Assembly: GCA_030867685.1 (NCBI GenBank)
Contig: JAQOWU010000007.1
Coordinates: 620,001 to 684,000, forward strand
DNA: 64,000 bases
Origin: Wickerhamiella versatilis
Lineage: Eukaryota
Direction of reading: 5' to 3'
Part shown: piece after piece, positions 1-10,936 of the stretch
Numbering within the stretch: position 1 is the first letter of the stretch
How the letters are laid out: the number at the start of each line of letters is the position of its first letter
Notes under the pieces: generated by a model
What the model was told of the DNA's origin: nothing
Databases searched by the model: none
What the model saw: the letters and a program-made list of their open reading frames with translations, nothing else
Made by a program: the position numbers and the translations under genes

Positions 1-1
1 C

Positions 2-463
2 CATTCACATTTGCATGCATTCTGGTTGTCCTGGTGTTCTGTTAATTTCTCGCAAGTTGCTCATTTTGTGTTATACTACCATGCTCAGTCGAGTGAGGAA
101 GAACGCAAAGAAAACAAGCCGTTGATGCGAAAATGGCTTTGGGCCCTTCGAGTTCTGTCGAATGCGTGGCAGGAGGGAACAGGCTTGGCCACTTTGCGTA
201 TGGACGAGGTGTTTTATATGGGTGAGACAAATGTACATGTACCTATGCCGGTACCAGACGATAGTCAAGAGGTCCTGGGCCTTGAGGAAGATATGAATTT
301 CATGAATGACGACATCATCCCAATCAGCGAGCAAGACCAGATGTTCTCATTGCATGAATTGGATGAGGTTTCTGAGCCGGGCATGGAGGTACTTGATCAG
401 GATCTACTGACAACATCATTGCGTGATATATTCAGCAAATATACATCTCAGGATATGTTTTGA
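2..463 (+). CDS. 3' end of a fungal transcription factor, Dal81/TamA-like (partial; runs off the window start)
   Basis: Frame is open from base 2. HLHAFWLSWCSVNF resembles the C-terminal region of Dal81-type Zn2Cys6 regulators, followed by an acidic tail. Confidence 0.5.
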   Translation, partial: HSHLHAFWLSWCSVNFSQVAHFVLYYHAQSSEEERKENKPLMRKWLWALRVLSNAWQEGTGLATLRMDEVFYMGETNVHVPMPVPDDSQEVLGLEEDMNFMNDDIIPISEQDQMFSLHELDEVSEPGMEVLDQDLLTTSLRDIFSKYTSQDMF

Positions 464-659
464 ATCGTGTTACGATGTGGTATGAGATGATGCATCGTCT
501 GCGAAAAATCAGCTCAAATGAGGCTGTATAATATCTTTTGAACAATAGCACTAGTATTTATTATGATATATATGTATATAGTTTTCAGTGACTCAATGTT
601 TAAAGGAAATCGCTAGTTGTTGACAAAGTACCAACCAGTCTCAGTTATGTGATATTTCT

Positions 660-1676
660 ATGACTCAGGATTTCGAAACGTCTTTAAAACAGTTGGAGGC
701 GGCTGTACAACAGTCACAAACCGCTGACCAGCAAAAAGCTGCCCTACAACGGTTGGTGACTGCATATCCTCTTCTCTATGGCTATTGGATGCAACTAGTG
801 GCTCTTGACCCATCAGCTTGGGAACAAGCACTAGATGCTTGCCCTTCCGTGGAGCTCTGGCATCATTATCTTCAGACGCATCCCTCTGAAGAAAATTTTC
901 AAAAAGCAGTAAGTGTTGTTGGCCGCTTTTTTCGCTCGCACCCTGTATGGGATCTTTATCTTGCAAAAACCACGAACAAAGGTGAGGTCCTAAGCATGGT
1001 AACAAAGATTCCTCTATATAATTATGGCAATTATGCTGGGGCCGCTTTGCAGTTTGGAATTGAGCCGAACAAAATAGAAATGGCCAAGGCAGTTAGTGAA
1101 CGATGGGCCTTTGAATCAAAAATCTCACGACCATATTTCCACGTCGTTCCAATCGATGAATATGAGCTCCGCGTTTGGGATACATACCTGGATTATGAAG
1201 AAGCCCAGGGTGACCTTGAGCAAACAAAGGCTTTGTATATCCGATGTCTCGTGTCAACTGCTCTGTATCCAGGTTTTTGGCTGCGTTATATCAGATGGGT
1301 ATCTGCATTCAATTCACAGCAAGCATTGGACGCCGCTCAAAAAGCAAGACATTATCATCCTGAAAATCTTGAGCTCCGCTTGTGGCATGCTTTCCTTCTT
1401 GAGAAAGAAGGTGCATTGGAAGAAGCCTTAAATCTTCTCTCGGAAGATACTAATCTACGAGACGTGTACAAGGCAATGTGCGAAAGGGCACATGTAGACC
1501 CCCATGGTAGTCGTGAGGGCTTATTGTCTGATACTACGCCTGAAAAAGAAACGGATAGGGATACACTCAGATTAAATGAGGCTAGAGCAAAAGGTGATTT
1601 GGGCCAATTTTTCACTCTTGATCTGAAACAAAATGGGTACCCCTCTGTAGATAGCGTCCAGCAAGTTTTGGAATAG
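660..1676 (+). CDS. PRP39: U1 snRNP HAT-repeat protein, Prp39-like (short)
   Basis: YPLLYGYW, SVELW, FFRSHPVWDLY, FESKISRPYFHV and RCLVSTALYPGFWLRY are Prp39 signatures. Confidence 0.8.
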   Translation: MTQDFETSLKQLEAAVQQSQTADQQKAALQRLVTAYPLLYGYWMQLVALDPSAWEQALDACPSVELWHHYLQTHPSEENFQKAVSVVGRFFRSHPVWDLYLAKTTNKGEVLSMVTKIPLYNYGNYAGAALQFGIEPNKIEMAKAVSERWAFESKISRPYFHVVPIDEYELRVWDTYLDYEEAQGDLEQTKALYIRCLVSTALYPGFWLRYIRWVSAFNSQQALDAAQKARHYHPENLELRLWHAFLLEKEGALEEALNLLSEDTNLRDVYKAMCERAHVDPHGSREGLLSDTTPEKETDRDTLRLNEARAKGDLGQFFTLDLKQNGYPSVDSVQQVLE

Positions 1677-1891
1677 CCATGGACTCCACACAAGCGACTC
1701 ATGGTGCATACTTAATTCTCTGCATTGTTATAATAGTGATTTAATTTAAATTGCATTCTATTTTTTTTTCTTTCATTGCATTAATTTCACACGTTAAATA
1801 AAGAGAATTGGCAGTAAATAAACGTAGATGGATACGCGAAGTTCCTCAAAAATCAAACTTGGCCATTCGTTTCACCCGCATAGATTACGTC

Positions 1892-2296
1892 ATGGAGGTA
1901 TTCTTTCGGCCAGACCGTATATTTGCAGTCGCGGGCGCTTCAAATGATCCCAAGAAGTTTGGATATAAAGTTTTAAAGTGGTACATCGATCGAAATTTAC
2001 CCGTTGTTCCAATAAATCCGAAAGAAGAGATTGTACAATCTCTAGATACCGTGCCTTCCATAAATGACATCGTTTTACCGAAGGGAAAGCGCCTGAGCCT
2101 TAGTGTAGTGACACCTCCTGCAGCCACCAAATCAATTCTCCAAAGTGCTACCCCAAATCTGGTCTCAGCAGTGTGGCTTCAGCCAGGAACGTACGATGCG
2201 GAGACGTTCCGCATCGCCAAAGACACCGTTCCAACTGTGATTGATGACTGCGTTTTGGTTAATGGAGACAATGCTCTTCACATCTCCAAATTTTAG
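1892..2296 (+). CDS. CoA-binding domain protein (YccU/CoA_binding_2 family)
   Basis: FAVAGASNDPKKFGYKV, PINP and VWLQPG motifs. First ATG is at 1892. Confidence 0.85.
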   Translation: MEVFFRPDRIFAVAGASNDPKKFGYKVLKWYIDRNLPVVPINPKEEIVQSLDTVPSINDIVLPKGKRLSLSVVTPPAATKSILQSATPNLVSAVWLQPGTYDAETFRIAKDTVPTVIDDCVLVNGDNALHISKF

Positions 2297-2323
2297 TCCG
2301 GCATAAGTAGGTATACCAGGAAA

Positions 2324-2791
2324 TTAGGATATTGAAATTTCGTAGGGAAAAGGCGTAACATCAGTAGAGGTTATTGGTGGAATATGTTCCTTGAGGGAAT
2401 CCACTGTTGTCACAATTTCAAATAGAACGCTACGAAGGTTTCCACTGTCATCCACTACCTTCAAGTGGAACTCCCAATCCTCCCAGCAGATATTTTGTGT
2501 CTTAGCGAACCAGGCGGATTTCTTCACCCGTCTTTCATAAAGTTTGATTGAAATTGTGGCTTCGTTTGCATTTCTTAGCAGGTCAGAAGCCTCTCGTGCC
2601 TTATCATTTACCAGAGCTTCGGTCTCCACATCAGCCACAGCGGGGTAAGTGACGTCTGCAGCTTCACCAGTTTTGGGCTCAATGCCACCGAAAAGGCGGT
2701 GGAAAAGTACTGTCCATATCACCGCACGAACACAGTCTGCGGCAGATGCACGCGCTGTCCTCAATTCCAGTACAGTGGTCGTGACAGACAT
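2324..2791 (-). CDS. ATG101: Autophagy-related protein Atg101 (HORMA domain)
   Basis: TVLFHR, TYP, the WF finger (KSAWF), CWEDW and HIPPITS...PFPYEI. Confidence 0.85.
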   Translation of the reverse strand: MSVTTTVLELRTARASAADCVRAVIWTVLFHRLFGGIEPKTGEAADVTYPAVADVETEALVNDKAREASDLLRNANEATISIKLYERRVKKSAWFAKTQNICWEDWEFHLKVVDDSGNLRSVLFEIVTTVDSLKEHIPPITSTDVTPFPYEISIS

Positions 2792-2802
2792 GAATCACAT
2801 AA

Positions 2803-3405
2803 TCATTGTCGCGAGGCACTAGGGAAACATGCTGCGATAGATGATACTATTTCTGTAGCAGAATCATAAGATTCTTCTAGTTCCCGGGCTTCCATGAGAG
2901 TAAACTTTCCAAGAACAAAGGAAGTTACCGATTTGGAATCCATGGCGGGAGGAGCACCAATTCCAATTCTAAGTCTGGAAACCGGTCCATAACGAGATAC
3001 AATATCCCTTAAACCATTGTGTCCTCCAAATGACTTGGATGGAAGCTTAAATTTGACCTCCCCAACAGCCAGTTCCATATCATCGTGGATTACAACCACC
3101 TGCCAGGGTTGGGGGGGTCCCATTTTTCGAAGAGCATGTTGAAGCGACCTTCCACTCAAATTCATCATATCTGTACTTTGTGCAAACCATAAATTCGGGT
3201 GTTCGAATAGTTGACCGACGTGAGAACCGTCGATACCACCTAAGCGTGAAATTATCGCAGAGCTCACACGGTGCCCTGCGCTATGCCTGGTAGCATCCCA
3301 GCGCGGTCGTGGATTGCCAATAGAAAAAAAGAGTATACGGGTACTCTTATCTGCTTTGACAGCCACTCGTAAGTCATTAAGCAATTTGTTGATCGGTAAT
3401 TTCAT
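2803..3405 (-). CDS. PTH1: Peptidyl-tRNA hydrolase (bacterial type, mitochondrial)
   Basis: GNP...TRHSAG, MNLSG, HDDMEL, GGHNGLR, RLRIGIG and FVLGKF. Confidence 0.9.
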   Translation of the reverse strand: MKLPINKLLNDLRVAVKADKSTRILFFSIGNPRPRWDATRHSAGHRVSSAIISRLGGIDGSHVGQLFEHPNLWFAQSTDMMNLSGRSLQHALRKMGPPQPWQVVVIHDDMELAVGEVKFKLPSKSFGGHNGLRDIVSRYGPVSRLRIGIGAPPAMDSKSVTSFVLGKFTLMEARELEESYDSATEIVSSIAACFPSASRQ

Positions 3406-3640
3406 ACAGACCGCTGATCAAAGTGTTGTTACGAATGATGACAGTCAAAGTAATCTAAAAAATTGTGAAATCACCTATGGGACGCGTCTCTACTTATTGG
3501 GTCGTCGGTGTCCGCCTTAATGCGCAAATTTCAAGTTTAAAAGAAGAAAAAAGAGAAGAAAAGGATAAGCTTTACTTAAAGAAAAATTTATGGGAACTTT
3601 CGAAGAGAAAAGAATTTATCCCATGATTAAAATTTTTAGT

Positions 3641-4471
3641 TTAGTCTAGAAGGCCCTTGGCGTCTACCTCTTGTTTCACGCGAGACGCAAAAATAGAGGC
3701 GCAGACCTTGAGTCCGCCTATAATATTGGCAACACGGGCAAGCCAGTCGAAAAATCCAATACGATCATCGTGGATTGTGACAGATATGGCCTCAAAGTCA
3801 TAGAGGAAATGCAATCCCGGTAGCCCAGCACCCGCTGGAGGCTTTTTTGCAATTTCTGTGACCGTATATTGATTTGTCTCAACGGTCATACCCAATGCCT
3901 TATATGTAGTGGGCACAATGGATAAGAAATAAGCGAGGAGGCTTTTTCCATCCTGGCTATACTTGATGGTATCATCAAGGGGATTGAGCTGGCTCGGGTA
4001 GTATGGACCGAAGCTCAGTTCATGAATATAATGCGACGTGTTAAATGGTGAAACCTGGCCCCAGAGTGAAGGTAACTTGGGGCCTATTGAAAGTCTACCA
4101 GCTACACGATTGGTACGGAAAATCCCAGAAATCCTGCACCATTCCTCCCCACCGATCTCACCCATAGAATCGAATGTTGGAACGGGTACCATATCCACAA
4201 GCTCATTAACAAACAGGCGGTCATTAGCTCCGTCATAAATCATTATTCCCATACTATCACACTTGTCCATCATCGTAATATCCAAATTTATTTGGAAATT
4301 GTCGGATACACCTTTGTCAACGTCATACGTGTAGACCTGGCTCGCCCCTAGCCAGTTGGATGTTTCCAAGTACAACATAAATACAACCACTATACCTATC
4401 AGATACTGGGTAAGTCGGTCTGGGCGTCGTTGATATGCCTCCATATCAGCGAACGCCTCAAACGATCGCAT
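3641..4471 (-). CDS. ERV41: ER-Golgi COPII cargo receptor subunit, Erv41-like
   Basis: MRSFEAF start, two terminal TM segments, SHYIHELSFG, NPLD, YFLSIVPTTY, TNQY and PG.F.YDFE. Start placed at ATG 4471. Confidence 0.75.
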   Translation of the reverse strand: MRSFEAFADMEAYQRRPDRLTQYLIGIVVVFMLYLETSNWLGASQVYTYDVDKGVSDNFQINLDITMMDKCDSMGIMIYDGANDRLFVNELVDMVPVPTFDSMGEIGGEEWCRISGIFRTNRVAGRLSIGPKLPSLWGQVSPFNTSHYIHELSFGPYYPSQLNPLDDTIKYSQDGKSLLAYFLSIVPTTYKALGMTVETNQYTVTEIAKKPPAGAGLPGLHFLYDFEAISVTIHDDRIGFFDWLARVANIIGGLKVCASIFASRVKQEVDAKGLLD

Positions 4472-4602
4472 ATCTAATGTGGTAGTGGCCTGTTGTGTCA
4501 GCGAGAGGTGCAACACGCCGGAGGAGACGTGGGGAGAACAAACTTTAAGAAAATTCAGTATTTTGTGATCTAAATGCGCATTTATATGCAATTAGAGGGA
4601 TT

Positions 4603-4899
4603 TCAATGTGGCTGTGAGAGCTGAGTATTGCGTAGTGCGGCACGTAGATGAAGGTGTCGTCTTGCCTCTTCATTTTCTCGTCGAACAAGCTCCAGCTTGT
4701 TTCGTAAGGTTTTTTCGTATAATGGCGACGTGAGCTTACCTAGGCGTTCATTCTCAGTTCTCAGAACGTCAACTCGAGATAGTATTTTGTGGGCGATTGC
4801 TAGCACATCGCCGCTGGATTGCTCTGTGGTTTCAGCAATAAAAATCGCGGCCGTCAATGTCTCTAGTTGAAGTTTAAGATCCGCCAATTCGTCAGTCAT
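4603..4899 (-). CDS. Hypothetical small coiled-coil protein
   Basis: ATG-initiated 98-aa ORF filling a gap between genes, with helical heptad character. Family not recognised. Confidence 0.55.
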   Translation of the reverse strand: MTDELADLKLQLETLTAAIFIAETTEQSSGDVLAIAHKILSRVDVLRTENERLGKLTSPLYEKTLRNKLELVRRENEEARRHLHLRAALRNTQLSQPH

Positions 4900-5193
4900 G
4901 TTGGTTTAATTGGAGGGTGAATGTGGTGTGGTACCGATTACTCAACTGAGATAGTCTCCCAAGGGTTTAAAATGATAAAATCATGTAGGCTAATTTGCAT
5001 GCTTAATACTACTTTTGCATCTCATGTATTTCTGTCCACTTTCTAAGTAGAAAAGTATCGTGGTATAAATATTATTCGTAAAAAGGGGTAATCGTAGCTG
5101 AGGCATGAGGATATCATGTGTTTGCCTTTCAAGTCGTTATTCCAACGTCGTGACTGCCTCCTCATCATTATGCAGAATCAGTGCAATCTCTAT

Positions 5194-6294
5194 CTAAGAT
5201 AGCTTCTTGCAGCACAACCTGCTCCAACGCCTCCTTCGCCAATCGCTATCTATATCAATTGCCCACTCTCCATTAAGATTCACACCTTTTATTCCTCGTC
5301 GAGCCGCCCAATCAGTTGAAGTTGGCTTCCATTCGTCATCTTCAACAAAATTCCAGCCTTCTGGTGGTACAATATCGTCAATACTTTTCTCAGCGGGAGG
5401 AAGCTGTTGATGGACCCTGAATCTGCTCTCCGTTGTGTACACATAAGGAGAAAACCCTCTTGGTTCCCATAATCGCGGCGTGAGTCCTTGCTGTTGAAGC
5501 TCAAAAACCTCTACAGAGAGTGCGAGTGGATTATCATCAATACAAAATTGATCTTTGGCAATCTCCAATTCCCGCCTAATTGGCTCAATAGGAGGCTTTG
5601 GTGGGCGGAGGTTCATTGCTTTAACTTGAGGTATTGTGAAGAATGCGGCAATCCAGGCCCCCGAAACAAACAAGAAGGAAAAAGAGATGAACTTACCACC
5701 GACTACTATCAGAAACAGGGCGCAAAGAACGCTGGCTAGAAGAAGACATGAAGAGCGTGGATCCTTATTGAAAGATGCTGGACCCGCAATAAATGCATCC
5801 AGGCGATCCAAAAGTTCCACGACTTTCTTTAATTTGGCCTGTCCTGTGCGTAGAGCTGTGAAAATATCAAATGGCTCTTCAGCTGGCATTATCCTACCAT
5901 CATGCTCGAACTCTGGCTCATCATGATCTACAGGAGGAGGAATGAGCCCAAAAGTGCGGGCGTAGTTTGGAACAAGCTCTTTCCCGAGCAAAACAACCAA
6001 AGGCACGGCAAGGAACAAATGTGGGGAGTAACAACAGTAGCTCCACATCAAAAGCATTGAAATCGTCAATGTTGGACGTTGCCAAGAAAAAATTAGAGAT
6101 ATGCCTATTTCCATCATACCAAGGGCCCTGATACGGTTTCCAAGAGTTACTAGCGTGCCTAGAACAACGAGTATGCTAAGGTGCGGCAATTCAGCAACCT
6201 CCGCAGAAGTTTGCGGCATATGAGATAGCCTGGTAACAGCACCCAATGCTCGATCTGTCAGGCCATGATATCTTTTGGCAGCTTGATTGCTCAT
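5194..6294 (-). CDS. Pex23/Pex24-family dysferlin-domain peroxin (Pex28/29-like)
   Basis: Reticulon-like TM region, VEVFELQ, PPEGWNF...W and a C-terminal WRRRRW.R DysF motif. Confidence 0.8.
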   Translation of the reverse strand: MSNQAAKRYHGLTDRALGAVTRLSHMPQTSAEVAELPHLSILVVLGTLVTLGNRIRALGMMEIGISLIFSWQRPTLTISMLLMWSYCCYSPHLFLAVPLVVLLGKELVPNYARTFGLIPPPVDHDEPEFEHDGRIMPAEEPFDIFTALRTGQAKLKKVVELLDRLDAFIAGPASFNKDPRSSCLLLASVLCALFLIVVGGKFISFSFLFVSGAWIAAFFTIPQVKAMNLRPPKPPIEPIRRELEIAKDQFCIDDNPLALSVEVFELQQQGLTPRLWEPRGFSPYVYTTESRFRVHQQLPPAEKSIDDIVPPEGWNFVEDDEWKPTSTDWAARRGIKGVNLNGEWAIDIDSDWRRRRWSRLCCKKLS

Positions 6295-6338
6295 GAGATG
6301 ACGAGATGACTTGCTGACATCAAAACGGTTGCAATTTT

Positions 6339-7400
6339 ATGCACCTTGTTGGGCCCTCCAATGAGCTTCGTAGGGCAAAAGTTGAACTCGAAACTGCGAA
6401 TTGTAAACCCATAATACGCTCTGAAGGTAATATCGGGCACATATATCTCCAAGCACAGGTGAATGTGGACGGCTTTCGCGAATGCCCTGGCTGCCCGAAT
6501 CACGAGATAGAAAACACTCCTCATAAGAATAAGAAAGCTCGGAAGCATTACGCCATTTACCCTCCAATGATATTACTTCCCACAGGTACCGAAATCACGG
6601 AAGAAGAGGCCCGTGCACTGCTTAATAGGGAGGGACCACAGCAGTGCACACACGTCGCAATTAATTCAACAGTTCAGACAGATTGCCAAAGAAGTCCCCA
6701 TATAATAGGTGTCCTGGGAGATTTTGGTGTGTATGACTATGAGGGTTGCCACTTTTCTGATGCTTTCTGGTCTCGGGTTAAGCAGAACGGGGTCTGGCAA
6801 ACATGGGCCCCGCTTTATACTATGTTCAGTCGAGGCAATATCACCGAAAAGCTTAGAGTTCTTCATAAATTTCGAGATCAAAGGCCAATCATGGATTCAA
6901 CTGTGGTGGATTTATATTGTGGAATCGGCTATTTTACGCTTAACTACGCAATGAATGCTCCTCGACGTATATATTGTTGGGAGCTGAATCCGTGGAGCAT
7001 CGAAGGCCTAGTTAGGGGTGCCAGAATGAACAATATTGGTCCAGTACGTGTTGTCCATGAAAATGAGCGCTACGTCTACAATGATAATGACTACATCGTG
7101 ATATTTAATGAGGACAATCAGCGGGCAATGGACAGGCTTGAAACGCTTAATCTCACCAACCTCAGCCACATTAATATGGGCATGCTTCCCAATGCGTGGA
7201 GGGCCATTCCGGTGGCTAAAAGACTGAGCGAGCGCGGCACTGTGGTTCATTTACATGAAAACATTCCAAATAAAGACATTTCGAGATGGGTATCTCACTT
7301 CTCTAAAGAGATAGGTACCTGCATACATGTGGAGGAAATTAAACAATATTCACCTGCCTTGGTTCACGTCTGTGGTGATTTTATAGCCTCAGTCAATTAA
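6339..7400 (+). CDS. TRM12: tRNA wybutosine-synthesising protein 2
   Basis: QNGVWQTWAPLYTMFSRGNITEKLR, DLYCGIGYF, WELNPWSIEGL and HLHEN. Confidence 0.92.
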   Translation: MHLVGPSNELRRAKVELETANCKPIIRSEGNIGHIYLQAQVNVDGFRECPGCPNHEIENTPHKNKKARKHYAIYPPMILLPTGTEITEEEARALLNREGPQQCTHVAINSTVQTDCQRSPHIIGVLGDFGVYDYEGCHFSDAFWSRVKQNGVWQTWAPLYTMFSRGNITEKLRVLHKFRDQRPIMDSTVVDLYCGIGYFTLNYAMNAPRRIYCWELNPWSIEGLVRGARMNNIGPVRVVHENERYVYNDNDYIVIFNEDNQRAMDRLETLNLTNLSHINMGMLPNAWRAIPVAKRLSERGTVVHLHENIPNKDISRWVSHFSKEIGTCIHVEEIKQYSPALVHVCGDFIASVN

Positions 7401-7489
7401 TCAGAATTTTTAATTTATATCCGGAACAAAGGGGGAAAATAAAAGCAAGAAATATCTTGCTCATGTCAATAAATTATCCTATACATTAT

Positions 7490-8758
7490 TTACGGGTTAA
7501 CCGATGATAAACTATGCAATTGCTCAGAAACTGCCGTTACCACAACCCCGCGCCATGACTGCTTTTCTTTCGCAGCCACGTCAATTAGAGATAATTGCGG
7601 TTCGTTTCCTACAAAACCACGAAGTACAATGCCTTCTGGGGCACCTTCAGATTTGGGACCACGTTCCCAGACCTTTTCCACCAAAGGTCGAAGACATGAA
7701 CGACCGCCCTCAGTCCGGAAGTGTCGTGCCAACGCATCCGCCCTTGCGAACCTGCGCTTACATCCCCAGCCATCACCTTCGCATACGAACTTCTTTTCAC
7801 CGGAGTGCAAATCCTCATGACGCTTACGATCATGTTGTCTCGCGAAAGACTTGCCACATATTTTGCAGCTGAAAGGCCGCTCATCTGTGTGCGTGCGCAT
7901 ATGGGATCGCAGATTATAAGCACGTGTGAACTTTTTGTCACACAATTGGCATGAGAACATTAAAGGATGCTTCTGTGTTTGCGTTCGGTTTCCTCGATGC
8001 TCTGTTTGATGATCGGTGCCCGGCTGCGACCACCGCGGGTCAGGAGAGCTGCCTGTGCTTTGCTCATAAGGACGCGGTGAGGTGGATCTGGAATCAAATG
8101 GATTGCTTTTAGACCTTGGTCGCGTCGGGATGGGAACAGCAAGGGATGACGCGTGGCTACTCCCATAGATATCACCAACCTGAGGCTGGAACGGGGACTC
8201 AAGCACGCCAAATGGATCATGAATTGGATCACTGACCGACTGGGCCCTGCGTGATCCTGCAAGAAGATCCAAACTCCCCACGGGGTCCTCAATTATTTCA
8301 GTGGATGGTGAGAACTCAGGTGTGTGGGGTGGCACGTAAGAGTCGAGTGGATCATTTATGTCGAGACCAAATTCGCCACTGTAGGAAGCTGGGGACGCGA
8401 TTTCGTCGACATAGGGTGATGCTGGGGCTAAAAATGGGCTCATTGCCGGGTCTGCCACAGTTGGGGAGTCGAGCGTTGATGCCCAACTAGAGGCGAGCGA
8501 CCCCACAGAAGGAGATCCCGGCATACCATCGGCAGGAACTCCGCCTGGATAAGGCTGAAGAAGATCTACACCAGTTGGCATAGGATGTGAGGCTAATTCG
8601 GGCTCTGGTTGATCCGCGGGAGCCACGATGTTTATTACGGGTCCGAACGTGTTGTCGAAACCAGATGGATATTGTTGCATTTGTGGAGGACGGGGGATCC
8701 CTCCAAAATACATGCCTTCCTCTGAATTACGAGGCGGCGACTGTCGTCCCTCGGACAT
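7490..8758 (-). CDS. CRZ1: Calcineurin-responsive C2H2 zinc-finger transcription factor
   Basis: [36 protein letters not shown] and [11 protein letters not shown] fingers, plus a PxIxIT-like PVINIV. Confidence 0.92.
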   Translation of the reverse strand: MSEGRQSPPRNSEEGMYFGGIPRPPQMQQYPSGFDNTFGPVINIVAPADQPEPELASHPMPTGVDLLQPYPGGVPADGMPGSPSVGSLASSWASTLDSPTVADPAMSPFLAPASPYVDEIASPASYSGEFGLDINDPLDSYVPPHTPEFSPSTEIIEDPVGSLDLLAGSRRAQSVSDPIHDPFGVLESPFQPQVGDIYGSSHASSLAVPIPTRPRSKSNPFDSRSTSPRPYEQSTGSSPDPRWSQPGTDHQTEHRGNRTQTQKHPLMFSCQLCDKKFTRAYNLRSHMRTHTDERPFSCKICGKSFARQHDRKRHEDLHSGEKKFVCEGDGWGCKRRFARADALARHFRTEGGRSCLRPLVEKVWERGPKSEGAPEGIVLRGFVGNEPQLSLIDVAAKEKQSWRGVVVTAVSEQLHSLSSVNP

Positions 8759-8977
8759 TTCCGTTGTTAGTGAAGCCTTTTTTTGGACGTTGTTCGTTAT
8801 GTCAGATATTCCACCCTAACCTCAACTTCACGCAAACCGGCCAGGATGCCGAGGGGCTTTAATTATTAGCTTGTGATCACTTCGGATAATTTAAGGTAGC
8901 CCAATAGTATCTCTGACATACACATGCTCTCAAATATAGTTCATTCATCGTAAGGGGGGTATATATCTATATCTACT

Positions 8978-10552
8978 CTAAGCCTCCCCGCAAACAAGCA
9001 TTATGACAAGACGCTCGACAGTTAACTTACTATTATCAGCCAGTGGCTTCATGGATGATAGAGCATCATGATCACTTGATCCTGCGGTAAATATATTGAT
9101 AAGATCTCCCCTAGTCATCATGGAAGCCCTATCATTGCCATAGATGTGAAAATCACCATTTCCTGGCCCCGCAACTTCCCCAGTAAGAGGATCCAGCACA
9201 CCGATTCGAATGGCTGCCATATCCTGCACCAGCAGCATATTGTGGAAGTTTTGTCTGGCAACATTACTTTGACGAGCGAGTTCTTCCCACCTCAGCTTTA
9301 CCATGGACACCACGCAGTCAACTTTTACATCTATTGGAATCTTTGCGGCAAAGGAAGCGTATCTCAAAGCCATGAGGGAAATGCATGCGTCACAAACAAA
9401 AAAGTATACATAGGCAGGAAGAAGTTGGAAATCATCAGGTTTATAAAATATTTGCACAAGTTGCTTCACGAGGGAGATGCAAGTTTCAAATAGGGGCATC
9501 AAGACACCCTCACAGTGGAGACTAAGCCCAATATACTGAACGATCATATATCGATACAGCTTAATCTTAGCAATGAGGAAGCAGGGCCACGAGCTGGCGC
9601 TCTCGGTCTCCAGTAAAGATATTTTGGTCATTGTCGAGTCGAATCCTTGAGACAGTTCCTCGACACACACTGAGCGATTTATAAAAATCTTCATTGAATT
9701 GTATAATGTCAGTAAATTGTAAAGTGCCCCCTCTTGGCCCTCTCCTCCCGAAATGCATCCCCGACACAAATTGCCCACTTTTTCAAACGCAGTGGCAAAT
9801 GTCATTGATAGCAACGTTGTCGAGGCGGCCAATCTGGGATAAAGCCATTTGTCTCCAACCACAGCTTGCTTCTCACCTAAACTGGTGCATAAGGAATAGA
9901 GAAGGCTCAACCTGGCGAAGCCCCGCTCACCCACCGGCAATGCATAAAAGCATAGCGCGGCCAATGCTTGGAGGGCATCGCTATTTGTTAATCCACTCCT
10001 GGACGTCAATGCCTGTGAATAAATATCATCAATAAATAATTCACGTAGTTTGAAATCCTTTGTGCTGTTGGTTATAGCCACAATAGTTACGCATGCAATG
10101 ACAAGCTGTGGCGAGGCTTCATTGGTTTTGAAGAGCGACTCATTGAACGTAAGGTATGGAAGGGTATTGTATAGTGTAAAATAATGCCAGTAGTTTTGAA
10201 CCGTGTTCACGCTGTATAGGTGCACAGCCACGGCTCGTTCCAGGGGAGTGTCCGCGAGGGACTGCACCAGGTCCCGGGCATCCTGCAATGCCCTCAGAGG
10301 ATCAATTACTCCATCTATATATTCCCCTTTTGCCATGACTAGCGGGGCATTTTGATGTTGAGGACACTCTTTTGGCATGGTCTCACTAACTGGGACCTTT
10401 TTGCCATCTTTTGAGCGAGTGACGCACTCAGCATTATTCTTGGAGCATCTTATGCAAGAAGTTGCATTTGGGCCACTGAATTCACATCGAACCTTGAGCC
10501 CGCGACAGCGCTCGCACGCCGTTCTCCGACGCCAGATAGAGCCGAAATTCAT
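8978..10552 (-). CDS. Zn(II)2Cys6 transcription factor (War1-like DNA-binding domain)
   Basis: ACERCRGLKVRC...CIRCSKNNAEC binuclear cluster. Confidence 0.85.
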   Translation of the reverse strand: MNFGSIWRRRTACERCRGLKVRCEFSGPNATSCIRCSKNNAECVTRSKDGKKVPVSETMPKECPQHQNAPLVMAKGEYIDGVIDPLRALQDARDLVQSLADTPLERAVAVHLYSVNTVQNYWHYFTLYNTLPYLTFNESLFKTNEASPQLVIACVTIVAITNSTKDFKLRELFIDDIYSQALTSRSGLTNSDALQALAALCFYALPVGERGFARLSLLYSLCTSLGEKQAVVGDKWLYPRLAASTTLLSMTFATAFEKVGNLCRGCISGGEGQEGALYNLLTLYNSMKIFINRSVCVEELSQGFDSTMTKISLLETESASSWPCFLIAKIKLYRYMIVQYIGLSLHCEGVLMPLFETCISLVKQLVQIFYKPDDFQLLPAYVYFFVCDACISLMALRYASFAAKIPIDVKVDCVVSMVKLRWEELARQSNVARQNFHNMLLVQDMAAIRIGVLDPLTGEVAGPGNGDFHIYGNDRASMMTRGDLINIFTAGSSDHDALSSMKPLADNSKLTVERLVIMLVCGEA

Positions 10553-10936
10553 GTGTGATTAATTATGTCACGCGATCCGCCGTCAAGTTTGAGTCGCAGG
10601 AGAGAATCACAAATCACAAAGACTCGCACGGGCACGCGACTAAAAATCCAACCAAACTTATTTTTGGCTTTGCAGATGCAATTGCCATGCTCTACCTTCT
10701 ATGAAACGTTACGGCGTACAGGAACCTAACTTTCATTCAGTAAGCAACGTAAAGTATCAGTCATTAAATTAGCCAGCTACCAATGGCACAAATGGCTAAA
10801 TGAGAAACGGATCTCCTGGTACTAGATGAGTGACATAATAGCAGTTTGTTGCTCGAATATATTTTCATCCCAAAATCCAAGAAGAGATCCGGAACCGACT
10901 GACTGACTATAATTATTACTCACAAGACCATCGTCA

